Assembly: GCF_964194155.1 (NCBI RefSeq)
Contig: NC_135898.1
Span: forward strand, 87,668,001 to 87,732,000
DNA from: Cetorhinus maximus
Taxonomy: Eukaryota
Direction: 5' to 3'
DNA: 64,000 bases
Shown here: positions 14,255 through 26,519 of the stretch, piece after piece
Layout: each line of letters opens with the position of its first letter
How positions within the stretch are numbered: the stretch's first letter is position 1
The notes under the pieces: model-generated
What the model was told of the DNA's origin: nothing
The model's input: the letters and a program-made list of their open reading frames with translations, nothing else
The model's database searches: none
Program-made: the position numbers and the translations under genes

Positions 14255-14635
14255 CCTTGAGCACTTCATTTAGGATAAGACTTCAGTACAGTGTTGAGGG
14301 AGTGTTAGTGCTGTCAGAAATGTCATCTTTCCGTTGAGATGTTAAAACAAGACCTCTTCAGATGAACATGAAAGGTCTCACGGCACTATTCAAACAACAG
14401 CCAAGGGAGTTCGTCAGGTGAATTGGCCAACATATATCCCCGAAACAACACCAGCAAACAGACTAACGGGACTTTTATCTCGTTACTATTAATGGGAGTA
14501 TGCTGTGAAGAAGTTGGCTGCTGTGTTTGCCTCTACAACAACAGTGACTACACATCAAAAGTAATTAATTAACTCTGAAGTGCCTTGGCACATTCTCGGA
14601 ATGTGAAAATCACTGTATCAATGCCAGTTCGATCT
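14255..14635 (+). mobile_element. DeuSINE (SacSINE1/AmnSINE1-like Deu domain) copy
   Basis: TGAGGGAGTG...GATGTTAAAAC...GGCACTATT...TTGGCTGCTGTGTTTGCC...ACAACAGTGACTACAC, matching the recalled Deu-domain consensus and other copies in the window. Confidence 0.7.
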
Positions 14636-14729
14636 TTAAAATAAATGAGTTAACGCTCTGTTAAATAATAGATGAAGCGAGACTATGCAAATATGTTAAG
14701 CATTTTCTATGCTAGTATTTCTAGGCCAA

Positions 14730-14940
14730 CCTTTGCATCTGAATTAGATTTGATCTCAAGCCCTACAAAAGGATAGGAAACACTACTAATCCTCTCAGTC
14801 TCCTAGCATGTTTAGGTTTATTAACAAGTTTTTCAACAATAACACGGCACTTCTATTTTTTTTTTTAATTCTCTAATTTTCTTCCTGACAGTTCCTCATA
14901 CTGCTGTTTGATGCGGTTTTTAAATATGTCTCGTTTGGTG
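14730..14940 (+). repeat. ~210-bp direct repeat, copy 1
   Basis: GATTTGATCTCAAGCCC...AAAAGGATAGGAAACAC...CAGTCTCCTAGCATGTTTAGGTTTATTAACAAGTTTTTCAACAATAAC...TCTCGTTTGGTG recurs at 16806-17022. Confidence 0.9.
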
Positions 14941-15151
14941 AAGAGTATCTGCAAACATTTGATTAAAATACCTGACAGAAACCGTACAACACGTGCTGAT
15001 GCATGCCATCTTGGCTCCTTAAGTATGCAGCGCTGGTAACAAAAAATACAAAAGATAAAAGCAAAAAGCTGCGCGTGCTGGAAATCCAAAACAAAAATAA
15101 AATTACCTGGAAAAACTCAGCAGGTCTGACAGCATCTGCGGAGAGGAGCAC

Positions 15152-15190
15152 AGTTAACGTTTCGAGTCCGTATGACTCTTCAACAGAACT
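15152..15190 (-). ncRNA. minimal hammerhead-like motif in the inverted pseudo-LTR
   Basis: Reverse complement AGUU-CUGUUGA-A-GAGUC-AUACG-GACUC-GAAA-CG-UU-AACU. Confidence 0.7.
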
Positions 15191-16407
15191 AAGTAAAAAT
15201 AGAAAAGAGGTGAAATATAAGCTGGTTTAAGGGGGAGGGGGGATAGAACTGGATAGAGGGCCAGTGATAGGTGGAGATTGACAAAAGATGTCATAGACAA
15301 AAGGACAAAGATGTCGAAGGTGGTGATATTATAATCAGGGCCCTCAACTGTGTCCGGCCCATCTCCCGCACATACACCCTCACACCTTCTTCTTCCTCCC
15401 AGAACCATGATAGGGTCCCCCTTGTCCTCACTTATCACCCCACCAGCCTCCGCATTCAAAGGATCATCCTCCGCCATTTCCACCAACTCCAGCATGATGC
15501 CACCACCAAACACATCTTTCCTTCACCTCCCTGGCGGCATTCCGCAGGGATTGTTCCCTCCGGGACACCCTGGTCCACTCCTCCATCACCCCCTACACCT
15601 CAACCCCCTCCCACGGCACCTTCCCATGCAACCGCAGAAGGTGCAACACCTGCCCCTTTACTTACCCTCTTCTCACTGTCCAAGGGCCCAAACACTCCTT
15701 TCAAGTGAAGCAGCACTTCACTTGCACTTCCCTCAATTTAGTCTACTGCATTCGCTGCTCCCAATGCGGTTTCCTCTACATTGGAGAGACCAAACGCAGA
15801 CTGGGTGACCGCTTTGCAGAACACCTTCGGTCTGTCTGCAAGCATTACCCAGACCTCCCTGTCGCTTGCCATTTCAACACACCGCCCTGCTCTCATGCCC
15901 ACATGTCTGTCCTTGGCCTGCTGCAATGTTCCAGTGAAGCTCAATGCAAACTGGAGGAACAGCACCTCATCTTCCGACTAGGCACTTTACAGCCTTCCGG
16001 ACTGAATATTGAGTTCAGCAACTTCAGGTCATGAACTCTCTCCTCCATCCCCACCCCCTTTCCAATCCCCTTTTTTTTCCTAATAATTTATATATTTTTT
16101 TCTTTTCCCACCTATTTCCATTATTTTTAAATGTATTTCCATCCATTGTTTTATCTCTACCTTTTTGCCTATTTCAATCCCTTCACCCCACCCCCACCCC
16201 CACTAGGGCTATCTGTACCTTGCTCGTCCTGCTTTCTACCCTTAATTAGCATATTCCTTAGATAATATCACCACCTTCAACACCTCTCTGTCCTTTTGTC
16301 TATGACATCTTTTGGCTATCTCCACCTATCACTGACCCTCTATCCAGCTCTACTTGTCCCACCCCCCTTAAACCAGTTTATATTTCACCTCTTTTCTATT
16401 TTTCCTT

Positions 16408-16446
16408 AGTTCTGTTGAAGAGTCATAAGGACTCGAAACGTTAACT
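16408..16446 (+). ncRNA. minimal type I hammerhead ribozyme-like motif in the Penelope pseudo-LTR
   Basis: AGUU-CUGUUGA-A-GAGUC-AUAAG-GACUC-GAAA-CG-UU-AACU: stem I AGUU/AACU, 5-bp stem II, loopless palindromic stem III. The core has U in place of canonical A6. Confidence 0.7.
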
Positions 16447-16805
16447 GTGTTCCTCTCCGCAGATGCTGCCAGACCTGCAGAGTTTTTCCAGGTATTTTTA
16501 TTTTTGTTTTCAACAAAAAATACATGCTTGACAAGAATTTGCAATCAACAAACATTTCAGTGAGGTGAAATGAATGCCATCTTGTGCTTTTGAAATTTAC
16601 GTTAGAAATTAAAGGGTGCCTCTTTCCTGCACTTCAACTGTAATGAAACGTGTATCAAATTGATTCATGTTACCTGGGCTTCTTCACAAGGCATTGAATT
16701 TTCTCTAGTTGATTACCTCAATGCTATACTAATTAAAAAGAAGCGAATTGAATGTTTGGCACAGACACAACTTGGCTCAGTGTTACAAGTTGGTTCATAC
16801 AAAAG

Positions 16806-17022
16806 ACCTTTGCATCAATCTGAGATTGATTTGATTTGATCTCAAGCCCCATAAAAGGATAGGAAACACGGTTAATCCTCCCAGTCTCCTAGCATGTTTA
16901 GGTTTATTAACAAGTTTTTCAACAATAACAGGGCACTTCTATTTTTTTTAATTCTCAAACTTTCTTCCTGACAGTTCCTCATGGTCTGTTTACTGCGGGT
17001 TTTAAATGTGTCTCGTTTGGTG
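16806..17022 (+). repeat. ~210-bp direct repeat, copy 2
   Basis: Highly similar to 14730-14940, with scattered substitutions. Confidence 0.9.
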
Positions 17023-17244
17023 GTTTTACCTTTGCATCAAGAACACTGGCGAGTGTAGCTAGGCTGTGAAATAGCCAGAGTCAGACTTGGTTCGTGTGGT
17101 GTCACTTCAAGGAGGATTCACACCTCGTTGCACTATGTGGTTGGAATTGTGCTGCTGTCTTTAAAAAGATAGGTGGAAATGATAATGTGCTTCAGCTGAT
17201 TTGATGCCATTGTCAAACGTAGCCACAGTTACAAAAAAAGATTC

Positions 17245-17356
17245 AGAAATACCTAGAAAAACTCAGCAGGTCTGGCAGCATTGGCGGAGAAGAGCACAGT
17301 TGACGTTTCGAGTCCTCATGAGGATTTCCAGCATCTGCAGTTCTTTGCTTTTATCT
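17245..17356 (-). mobile_element. rearranged Penelope pseudo-LTR fragment
   Basis: AAAAACTCAGCAGGTCTGGCAGCATTGGCGGAGAAGAGCACAGTTGACGTTTCGAGTCC matches 15111-15169. It is followed by GATTTCCAGCATCTGCAGTTCTTTGCTTTTATCT, the pseudo-LTR tail in the opposite orientation. Confidence 0.7.
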
Positions 17357-17811
17357 CTGTAGCCCAGTTATACTTGTGGAGGAATCTCTGTGCCTGTGCT
17401 ATAGCCAGCAATATCAGACCATTAAACTCACATTGCAACTGCAAACCATGCCATTTCATTCTTCATTCTTCATCTTTTGAGTATCCCCAGAGAACTTGTC
17501 ATCCCAACAGCCATCATTAGCGTTACAAATTTATTTGGCATTCAGGGTCTGTTAAGCATGGCTCTGTGCCTGTGTATACATCATACAAATATATGAACAT
17601 GATAAAACCCCCTGGTACATTCAGCCTCTCACACGTATACAGTGAGACCCATATTCTGTGAATTAGGAGGAACTTGTTGGCAGCAGCACATTTGGACTCT
17701 GCTAGCACTTTGTCAATCTAAGCTAGCAGTGATGTCAAATCAATGACTGTTTTATAACAGCATCATTAATCTATTCAGGTTGCCAAAGAACTATTACAGA
17801 TAGAGAAAGAA

Positions 17812-18210
17812 ATTGCATTTCTGTTGTACCTGGTACAATCCCAAGATGTCTCAAAACTCTTTACAGCCAATTAAGTGCTTTTATAATAAAGTCACTGTTG
17901 TAATGTAGGGAATGCAGCAGCTAATTTGTGTATAATATAATCCCATAGGCAACAAATAAATAAATGACCAGATCAATACATCTTCTGGTGTTGATTGAGG
18001 CATAAATAATGGAAAAGAGACCTTATCTTCAAAGAGTGCTTTGGGATTCCTTACATCCACCCATGAAGGTAGATGGTTTAACAGTTCGTCAGGAGGATGG
18101 AGTCTCCTACAATGCAGCACACACTCAGTGCAGCACTGAAATGCCAGACTAGATGATATGATCAAGTCCCTGGAGAGGGCTTGAAAGCACAACCTTCTTG
18201 ATTCAGAGTG
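17812..18210 (-). mobile_element. DeuSINE copy
   Basis: GTCACTGTTGTAATGTAGG...GCAGCTAATTTG...AAATGACCAGAT...CTCAGTGCAGCACTG...CTTGAAAGCACAACCTTC (reverse of Deu domain plus tRNA head). Confidence 0.75.
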
Positions 18211-18607
18211 GACAGAATATCCTGTATCCAATTAGATGATTTTTGGTTATCAGTCAACCAGTCCTCTTGCCCCACCTCCCATATTTTATGCCCCATGACT
18301 ATTCTCCATGGCTACTCACCTAGAGATTCCAAGACAATCCAGGAGGTTTGACAACCCTATAATAATGTGGCTTCTGAGACTCCTTGATCTGAACTTTTAC
18401 TGTCCATCAGGAAATATAGCCAGACACAGGGAGATGTACGCAAGCCAAGCATGAACTCAGCCAGAAGTTAACAAAAGTCCTGGGAAACTTATATTAACTA
18501 TGATTATAGAACCAGAGATTAATTACAATTACAGAATCAGAGATTACAGTGCACCCATCGAACCAGCAATCAAAACAGGAATGCTAGGTTCACACAATAA
18601 ACAGAAA

Positions 18608-19035
18608 CATTTGCATTTACATTATACCTTTCATAATTTCAGCAGCAAAGTGCGCACAGATAATGAAGCATTTTTATTTGAAGTGTATACTCACTGTTAC
18701 AATGAAGGAAGTGCCCAAGCCAATCTGTTTGCAACCAGGTCCCAGCAATGAGATAAACGGCCAGGTAACTTTCTCCGTTGATGCTGGCTGAGGGACAAAT
18801 GTTGGCTGGCTCGGTGTTCTTTAATAGTGCCATGTGTTCTTTTATATCCACCAGAGAAGAGTGGACAGGACCTCAGTTTAACACCTCATCTGAAAGGCAG
18901 CACCCCTGACAGTGGAGCACTCCCTCAGTACCGCACTGAAGTGTTAGCCTGGATTATGCATTCATGCCTCCGGGACCTGAACTCAAAAAATTCCAACTCG
19001 GAGGCAGAAGTGCTACCCACCAACCCACGGCTGAC
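18608..19035 (-). mobile_element. DeuSINE copy
   Basis: Same Deu-domain blocks: ATAGTGCCATG, CCTCAGTTTAACACCTCATCTGAAAG, GCACTCCCTCAGTACCGCACTG, AGTGCTACCCAC. Confidence 0.75.
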
Positions 19036-19249
19036 AGCAGGTCCAGTCAGTACCTAAAAAGCGAGGAGACAAGGTGATGTTTCTTTTAGAGATGCATTAA
19101 TCACAATATTGCTCATCAAGGGCATCTAATAGCATCTCTCTCTCTCTCTCTCTCTCTCATTCTCTTATAAATGGACCTGCTATGTCGTCCTAGCAATTTT
19201 ATGATTTTTATTTCAACTTTCCAGCACTTTTCGCTTTTCTAATCATCTC

Positions 19250-19910
19250 AACAACAGTTTGGAGTTATATAGCACCTTTGATGTAATGAAATGTCCCAAG
19301 GTGCTTCACAGGACCATTATAAAGTGTGACACCATGCCAAATAAGGGTATATTAGCTCAGATGACCAAAAGCTTGGACAAAGAGATAGGTTTTAAGAAGC
19401 ATCATAAAGGAGGAAAGCAAACTAGAGAAGTGGGGAGGGAATTCCAGAGCTTGGGGCCTAGACCTCTGAAAGCACCGTCACCAACGGGGGAGCGATTAAC
19501 ATGGGGGATGCACAAGAGGCCAGAATTAAAGGATGCAGATATCTCAGAAGGTTGTGAGGCTGGAGGAGATTGCAGAGATAGGGGAGGGACTTTAAAACAA
19601 GGATGAACATTTTAAAATTAGGACACTGCCTGATTAGCAGCCAATATAATCCAGCAGGCGCAGGGATGATAGGGGAATGATCTTGCTGTGAATTAAGACA
19701 CAGGCAGCAGAGTTTTGGATGACCTTAAGTTTACGGAGGGTAGAATGTGGGAGGCCAGCCGGGAATGCGCTGAAATAGTTGAGACCAGACATAACCAAGG
19801 CATGAATGAGGGTTTCGGCCACAGATGAGCTGAGACAAGGGCGAGGGTGAGCAATGTTACCAAGGTGGGAATATGTGGTCTTGGTGATCTCCGATGAATA
19901 TTGGTTCACA
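19250..19910 (-). mobile_element. L2-clade LINE 3' fragment
   Basis: Minus-strand ORF HLGNIAHPRPCLSSSVAETLIHALVMSGLNYFSAFPAGLPHSTLRKLKVIQNSAACVL is typical of the L2 ORF2 C-terminus. The 3' end resembles the DeuSINE tail. Confidence 0.8.
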
Positions 19911-20129
19911 TTTCAGATAAAGAAACCCACCTTTAAGTGAAAGCGATCATGATTAAACTGGGGAGCTCTCAGGAGCTGACTTAGTGTTGAATGGGCCCTT
20001 GGAGAACACCACCGCCCTCAGCACTGTCCATCCCTGACAGCTGCTGTGAAAGTAGGGGCTTGAGCCGCAGAACAATGTACCGCCTATAACCACATTCCCT
20101 CACATGACTCACAGTCAGCCCCCCCCTTC

Positions 20130-20530
20130 AAAGGACTGGAGCACAAAACCACGCTGACAGTCTAGTGCAGCGCAGAGGGAGGGCTGCACTGTCGGAGGCA
20201 CCAGGGCATCAAAACGTGACTTTGTTTGCCCTCCCAAGTGAACGCAAAAGGTCCTACGGCATTATTTTGTAGAAGGTCGTGGGGGGGTGGAGTTGGTGAT
20301 GAAGGTTGGGAGGGGGGGGGTGCAGAGTTCCGCAGAGCCCTGACCAATATTTATCCTTCAGCCAAGATCACTAAAGCAGATTATCTGGTCATTATCACAG
20401 TGCTGTTTGTGGAATCTTGCTGTGCCGCGTGTCTTACATTTCAGCAGTGACCACTCAAGAAGGCAACTTCATTGCAAAACATTGTCAAGGGCTTTGGGAC
20501 GGTGTGAGGCGCGAATCTTATTTCTTTATT
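20130..20530 (+). mobile_element. DeuSINE copy with an internal G-rich insertion
   Basis: GCTGCACTGTCGGAGGC...CCAATATTTATCCTTCAGCCAAGATCACTAAAGCAGATTATCTGGTCATTATCAC; G-run insert at ~20279-20320. Confidence 0.75.
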
Positions 20531-23500
20531 TCCCCTGTGTGTGTTTAAAGATCAGACCAGCGGGATCCGAAGCGGACATTGTAGTTACATGTACGTGAAC
20601 AGAAATTTTAGATACTTCTCAAACAATGGACTTAACGAACGTCTCTAAGTTGCTCACATATTTCGAAAGAGTCCAGTGGGAATCGACAACCCGCCTCAAC
20701 TCATTTAAATTCGAACATCAAGTTCAACGCAGCATATAGAATCTCCATTCAAATCCTGTCCGCATCCGCCCTTTTCATTTAAGAGGACGGTGATTCTTTG
20801 TGGCAGAAATTCCGATTTATTTTCATTTAAAGGAAAACGCGATTCTCGCATCTGGTTACCTAAGCCCCTGCTGCGCCTTGTATAGAGAGAGTCGAGAGGC
20901 AGGCCAAAGGGAGGGGTGTATTTTGAAACCAGCCCCAGCTCCATCCTAGAATTTATTTTTTTGGATTTCCCCAGGGCTGCCTCTTGGGAACTGGGTGGTC
21001 TCTGTGCGTTTCGCGACTTCGCTGACATTACCTCTCACCTCCTGCAAACAATTTATTGCCCGCCTGTCTAGACCCAGCACCCCCAGCAGAACTTAATTTA
21101 TGGCCAGTTTATTTTTTTGTAGCCAGTTTTAACGGGCTAATCACCCCGGTGACAAATTCGAAAATCTACCGTGCTGAACGTTTTATGAAGAGGCTTTTTA
21201 ATAAATATATTTAGTTACAGGGTAAAAGAAACAAGTCACCCCAATGCACGAAAATGCTTACACACTCCCCAGCTGAAATATGTATATCTGTCTATCCACA
21301 GGCATCCATTCGCATTGTAAAGCGGCTTGTTACAGCGTTAGGTTCGGTCCAGCTAAAATTTGGAAATGATGGACATTTAAAAGTAATTAGAAAGGCGAAG
21401 TTGCGCCTAGTACACGAATTATCCCTTGCATGGTTTATGTAGAAGGGAAACCAGTTTTTTTAAGAAGTGACTTAGGTTTTGGTTGGGATTTCTCGGTCTA
21501 GCTGGAAGATAACAAAATCATTTTCTCGCCTTCTCCTGCGCAACGAATATTATTCCGCCTAAGATTTTTTTTTAAAAATGAACCTTTTCTCCCCACATAA
21601 TTGCATTAATATCAGGAAGTCCTATAAGAGGTTTGCCAATGCAGGAACTCAGTTGCTATACTTGTCTTATCATAAGGTCACAAGATAGAGACCGATGGTA
21701 AAATTCATTCAGTGCATCTTAGACAGTCTCAAAAATGCATGTAACCGCTATATGAAAAGGAAGGATTACAATATTTATGGCACATTTGTCGTATATATAC
21801 ATTTGTGTATCTGTGGCCGAAAATATACACAAACGAGATGCGTGTATTTATAAATGATGCCTTCATAATGTGGATCTTTATCATGACTGTGAGCATATTC
21901 AAGTTTGCGTTTTACATACTAAATATAGTGACTGTGCATATGAATGTCGTTCTAGGGGATTCTGTATTATGATGACAATGAGTTGGTTCGCAGGAGTATT
22001 CGGTACATTTCAATAATAGGTACAAAGCGATATTTTTTCTCTGTTAAGGTGGAGGCAGCCACAACATTGGCCTTTCAATGATTAAATGTGAGATACATCT
22101 TCGTCAAAATGGTCACCTGAAGTTAGTGCGAACGGTCAGAATGTGCACAAGATTTATTGGAAGAAAGAGGTTAAAATGTGAATTAAAAAGGTTGGGGATG
22201 ATTTATTCCCACACATGCATTGCACACGGTTTAACTGGAAACGAAAGGAACAGCAAGTCGAAATTTCTCATCTACATGTAAACGGGAACTGAAGGAAAAG
22301 TCTGAAATGCAAATCAAAATAAAACCTTCGTCCTGAGTTCAATCGGCAGTCTAGCCACTGAAAATTGTAATCATATCTCAGTTGAGTAAGAAACCGCATA
22401 TACCTACATATCTGTCTGCGTGTCACCCTCTCGCCCTCAAGCTTTCTACCTGACTACACACACACACACACAGAGGGGGAGAGAAAGCCTGTCTGAAGGG
22501 AAAACATATTTGGTAAAAGAAAGTTCAATCATTCCGAAGCACCTCTTGAGATTCGTTTTAGAGATTTCGATGATACTAGTGCGAATTTTACATTCCTTCA
22601 TCAAAACAGGAAACGGCATAAGGCCTGTTTAGTGAGTCTTTTCTCATATAAGCGAACAGCCCCTAAATAAATGTATTTATAAACGCAGGAGATACAAATC
22701 TCAATATTTGACATAGTCACTTCACGGAAACGCTCAGGGACGGTATGTGATTCGGATGCTTCGTTGCCCCTTTGCACTTGGCAAGTGAGATTAGTATTGA
22801 TTTATTTTCACATTAGGCGAATAACATGCAATCAAACTGCACCAACAGAACAGTATATCGGTTGATATATGGGAACGCTTTCTCTGCTAACGCAAGGCAT
22901 TAACAACGAAATGTGGGTAACAGCGCCCCGAGGTGTTCAAAACTGGTATAGCGGCTAAACCGAAATTGGCCGTTTAAGCACAGCCACAATACACAGCGTT
23001 GCAGTGTTATCTACCTTCTCTTGCTATTATTTCGAAACATGCGATCCTAGCAGACAAGTCTTCAGAGCCCCCCCCCCCCCCCACCACCACCACAGTTAGC
23101 ATCTTACTGTTCGTGAACTTACTGCGCGGACAGGGCGCCATACCTGGAGGGAAGTTTATTCGGTGCAGCACATCTTGGTCAAATTGCCAAAGCTGACTCA
23201 AGCTTCAAACAATTTAACCCGTTCTCTACTTTTTTTTGATTATTTGTTTCCGAGACAGTAAACGACGAATTCGTGTTTGAATGTCATGGTCAATGGCTTC
23301 AAAATATTAATTAGGTTCAACAAGAATTTTAAGGTGTTTTGTTACAGTAAGATTGGGAGGGAAAATTGCCTCCTCACAGGACATTTCACACAGAATCTAT
23401 AATACACAATCAGGCACTCGGCCTGCTTTAAAATTTCACCAATTTCCGAATAATATGGACAGTGTATATACAATTTTTTTCAAATTGTTAGTGCTGTCAG

Positions 23501-24104
23501 GTTTATTTATTTATTTTTTTAATTAAACCAGCTCTGCTACCTGGATCAAACAGCTGGAGTGCCCCAAGTGAACGCAACATCTGGCGATGCTGAAATTCGA
23601 GCAGTAGAAGTTAAGCCCTATCTAATTGATAGCTAATTGCTTTGATGGCCTCGAATTTTTTTATGTCTTGTCCCCATGGCTCTAGCCTGCTTTGTTCTGC
23701 CTCTTCTCACTGGGCATCTGTGGTTCTTTTTACTGTAAACAGCTGCACAGTGTTGGTTACCTCCAGTGTTTGGGGTGCGGGGTGGGGGGGTTGGGGTGGT
23801 AGGATCTTGTTCTTGACCTCTTGCAGTGCAAGGCTTATACTACCAGACTCCTCATTTACAAGCTTTCTCTCTGACTCAAATGGCCTGGAGAGTTTTTTTT
23901 AAAATCACTAACCCTTTTCCACACCACATTAACAATCGGAATGTGACCTGAGCTCTGTCAAATTCTGCAGGCAGTTTCCATTTGAAGATACACATGTGTT
24001 TTAAAATAAGAAGTCAGTGAAGAGCCTCCGATTGGACAAATGCCATCCATAACTCCGTGCTGCTGGGCAGGCTCGACTGCCTGTGAATGCACCTCAGCGG
24101 CTTT

Positions 24105-24435
24105 TTTTTTATTCATTCGTGAGATGTGGGTGTCAGCATTTATTGCCCATCCCTAATTAGAGGCCACTTTAAGAATCAGCGACATTGCTGTGGGTCTGGA
24201 GTCCCATGTAGGCCGGACCAGGTAAGGACATTCAACTAAAGGGCATTAGGGAACCAGATGAGCTTTTATTACAATCAGCAATGGTTTCATGGCCATTGTC
24301 AGACTTTTAATTCCAGATTTTTTATTGAATTCAAATTTCACCATCTGCTGTGGTGAGACTCAAACCCAGGGCATTACCCTGAGTCTCTGGAATACTAGCC
24401 CAGTGACAATACCACTCTGCCATCACCTCCCCACA
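24105..24435 (-). mobile_element. tRNA-derived SINE, second family
   Basis: TTTATTGCCCATCCCTAATT...GTGGGTCTGGAGTCCCATGTAGGCC...GAACCAGATG...GACAATACCACT, homologous to 40530-40885. Confidence 0.8.
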
Positions 24436-24944
24436 GTTACATAGTAGAAATTTATTTACAACCTGACTTCAAGATACCCCCCCCAAATCCTTTGGAAATG
24501 CTTATCCTATTTCCACTCTCTTTATATACTGTGGAGGGATTCACTCCCATGCTCTGGATTGATCTACAGTTTTGTCTAATACCAGTCATGTTACCATTGT
24601 TACAAATGAACAACATCTTTTGTTTGCATCTTTATAAACATTTCCAAGAGTGCAAGTGCTTCCACTGACACATTAAACCCGAAGAGGCCTACTAAAAAGT
24701 AATGTATTTGTGTAACATTAGCAGATCCAGGTTACCATAATAAACAGCAGGCCGAAAGACTGAATCTTGAACTTGGTTGTGAAAGTGACTTTGCATCAAT
24801 TACATTTTCTTTTCTGTGCACTCTTTAAGGTGAAGGACATCAGTGCTGAAGAACACTTACGAAGGGTATAGTAGTGTAGTGGCTACACTACTGGGCTGAT
24901 AAGACAGAGGTCTGAGCTAATAACCTTGTAGACTGTGAGTTCTT

Positions 24945-25985
24945 AGGATCATGGACTAGTACAGCATACATGGGGGACAATCGACCCATCCAGTCTGTGC
25001 TGAATCTTTCAAAGAACCATTCAGTTAATCACATTCTCCTGCTCTTTTCCTCATACACCTGCACATTTCACCTTCAATTATTTATCAGGGGATGTGTCAG
25101 CTGTGGCTCAGTTCATAGCACCCTCGCCTTTGAATCAGAGGGTTGTGGGTTCATGTCCCACTCCCGGAAACCAAGGACTGTGATTGTACTCGAAAGAGTT
25201 GCAATCTGTGACTGTTGATAACTCAAAAGGGTTTCAATTATTTATCCAATTCCCTGGTGAAAGTTATTAATGACTCTGTGCCCAACACCCTATCAGACAG
25301 TGCATTCAAAACCCTAACCACTCATTGCATAAAAAACATTTTTCCTCAGGTCCACTCTGTGTCTTATGCTCACCTTAAATCTGTTCCCTCTTGTTATTGA
25401 CCCTTCAGTCACTGGAAACAGTTTATCTTTATTTACTTTATTTAAACCCGTCATGATGTTAAACACCTGTTTCAAATCCCCCTTTATCCTTCCCTGCTCT
25501 AAGGAGAACAAGCCCAGGGCTCTCTCGCATTATCTATGTAAGTGTAATCCCTCATCCTTGAAATCATTCTGATAAATTTCTCCCGCACCCTCTGCAAATT
25601 CTTCACATCCTTCCTTTCAATGTGGTGCCAAAAATGGGATACAACACACCAGCTGGGGCCGAATTGGATGTTTTCTATAGGATTAGCATCATTTCCTGGC
25701 TTTTCTACTCTACTCCTCTATTTATAAAGCCCAGGATGCCGTGTGCCTTATTAACTGCTTTGTTAACCTGTCCTGCCACTTTCAATGATTGGCGCACTAA
25801 CACTGCCAATTCTCTGACTTCTTAAAAGTGCAACCGTTTAGCAATATTACCTCTCGTCATTTTTCCTACCAAAATGCATCCCGTTTTTCTGCTTTGAATT
25901 TCATCTGCTCTGGGTCCACCGACCCCACCATCCTGTTTATGTCCTATTGAAATCTATGACTATTTTTCAGTGTTTGCTACACTTC
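24945..25985 (-). mobile_element. degenerate CR1 LINE 3' fragment, interrupted by the short SINE
   Basis: Minus-strand ORF FSLEQGRIKGDLKQVFNIMTG...LFPVTEGSITRGNRFKV is homologous to 31121-31666. Confidence 0.8.
25087..25232 (+). mobile_element. young short tRNA-derived SINE, copy 1 (inserted into an older CR1 fragment)
   Basis: tRNA-like head (A-box TGGCTCAGTTCATAG, B-box GGTTCATGTCC) plus a tail of two imperfect repeats. Exact 14-bp TSD TTCAATTATTTATC at 25073-25086 and 25233-25246. Confidence 0.85.
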
Positions 25986-26519
25986 CAAACCCACCGTGAC
26001 AGTTTGGAAATTTAAGTAGAGTTTGAAACATCAGGAAATAAAAATCTGATGTCAGTAAAAATGACCAAAAACAGGAATAAAGAATGTTGTAAAAATTCAG
26101 CCAGTTCACTGATGTCTCTAAGCCAGTCTGTTCTTAGCCAGTCTGGCCTATATGTTCAGTGTAGTGATACATTTCCGTTTCCACATCAGCTCTTTCTGTG
26201 CTCTGTCTTGAAAAAAAGGACTAATAGTGAAATAACACCTTCCGTCACTCGAGGGGCCAAATGGCCTAATCCTGCTCCTATGTAATTTCAAACAATGCTC
26301 GGCAGTTGACAGTCAGTCACTATCACTGGTGCATCCTCCATGACAACACCTCTACCAATCAGAGTCTACTTGCCAACCAATCGGCACTCTCTTCACAGAC
26401 AGTATTAATTGTTGTTTTCCCCTTATGTTGGTATTCTTGCAGAAGTGTCCTGATGAGTGCAAGATGAAAAGCATCACCTTGTCTCTTCTTTCAGCAATTC
26501 TTGACTTCTACGTTCTCAT

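Larger units (their letters stand above)
15051..16511 (+). mobile_element. Penelope-like retroelement (Neptune-like), 5'-truncated, with inverted pseudo-LTRs
   Basis: Frameshifted C-terminal ORF (~15333-16034) with Cys linker CNRRRCNTC and GIY-YIG endonuclease LVYCIRCSQCGFLYIGETKRRLGDRFAEH...HF...EEQHLI...GLN. Arms 15088-15332 and 16262-16510 are inverted copies. 13-bp TSD AACAAAAAATACA at 15038-15050 and 16512-16524. Confidence 0.92.

Noticed and set aside
14730-17022. LTR retrotransposon bounded by the 210-bp direct repeats
   Set aside because: No TG...CA termini, primer-binding site or gag/pol; the inner element has its own TSD and a GIY-YIG domain.
25091-25170. tRNA-like sequences with A/B boxes (also ~43215-43292, ~40810-40885)
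   Set aside because: They are SINE heads continuous with SINE bodies, not tRNA genes.
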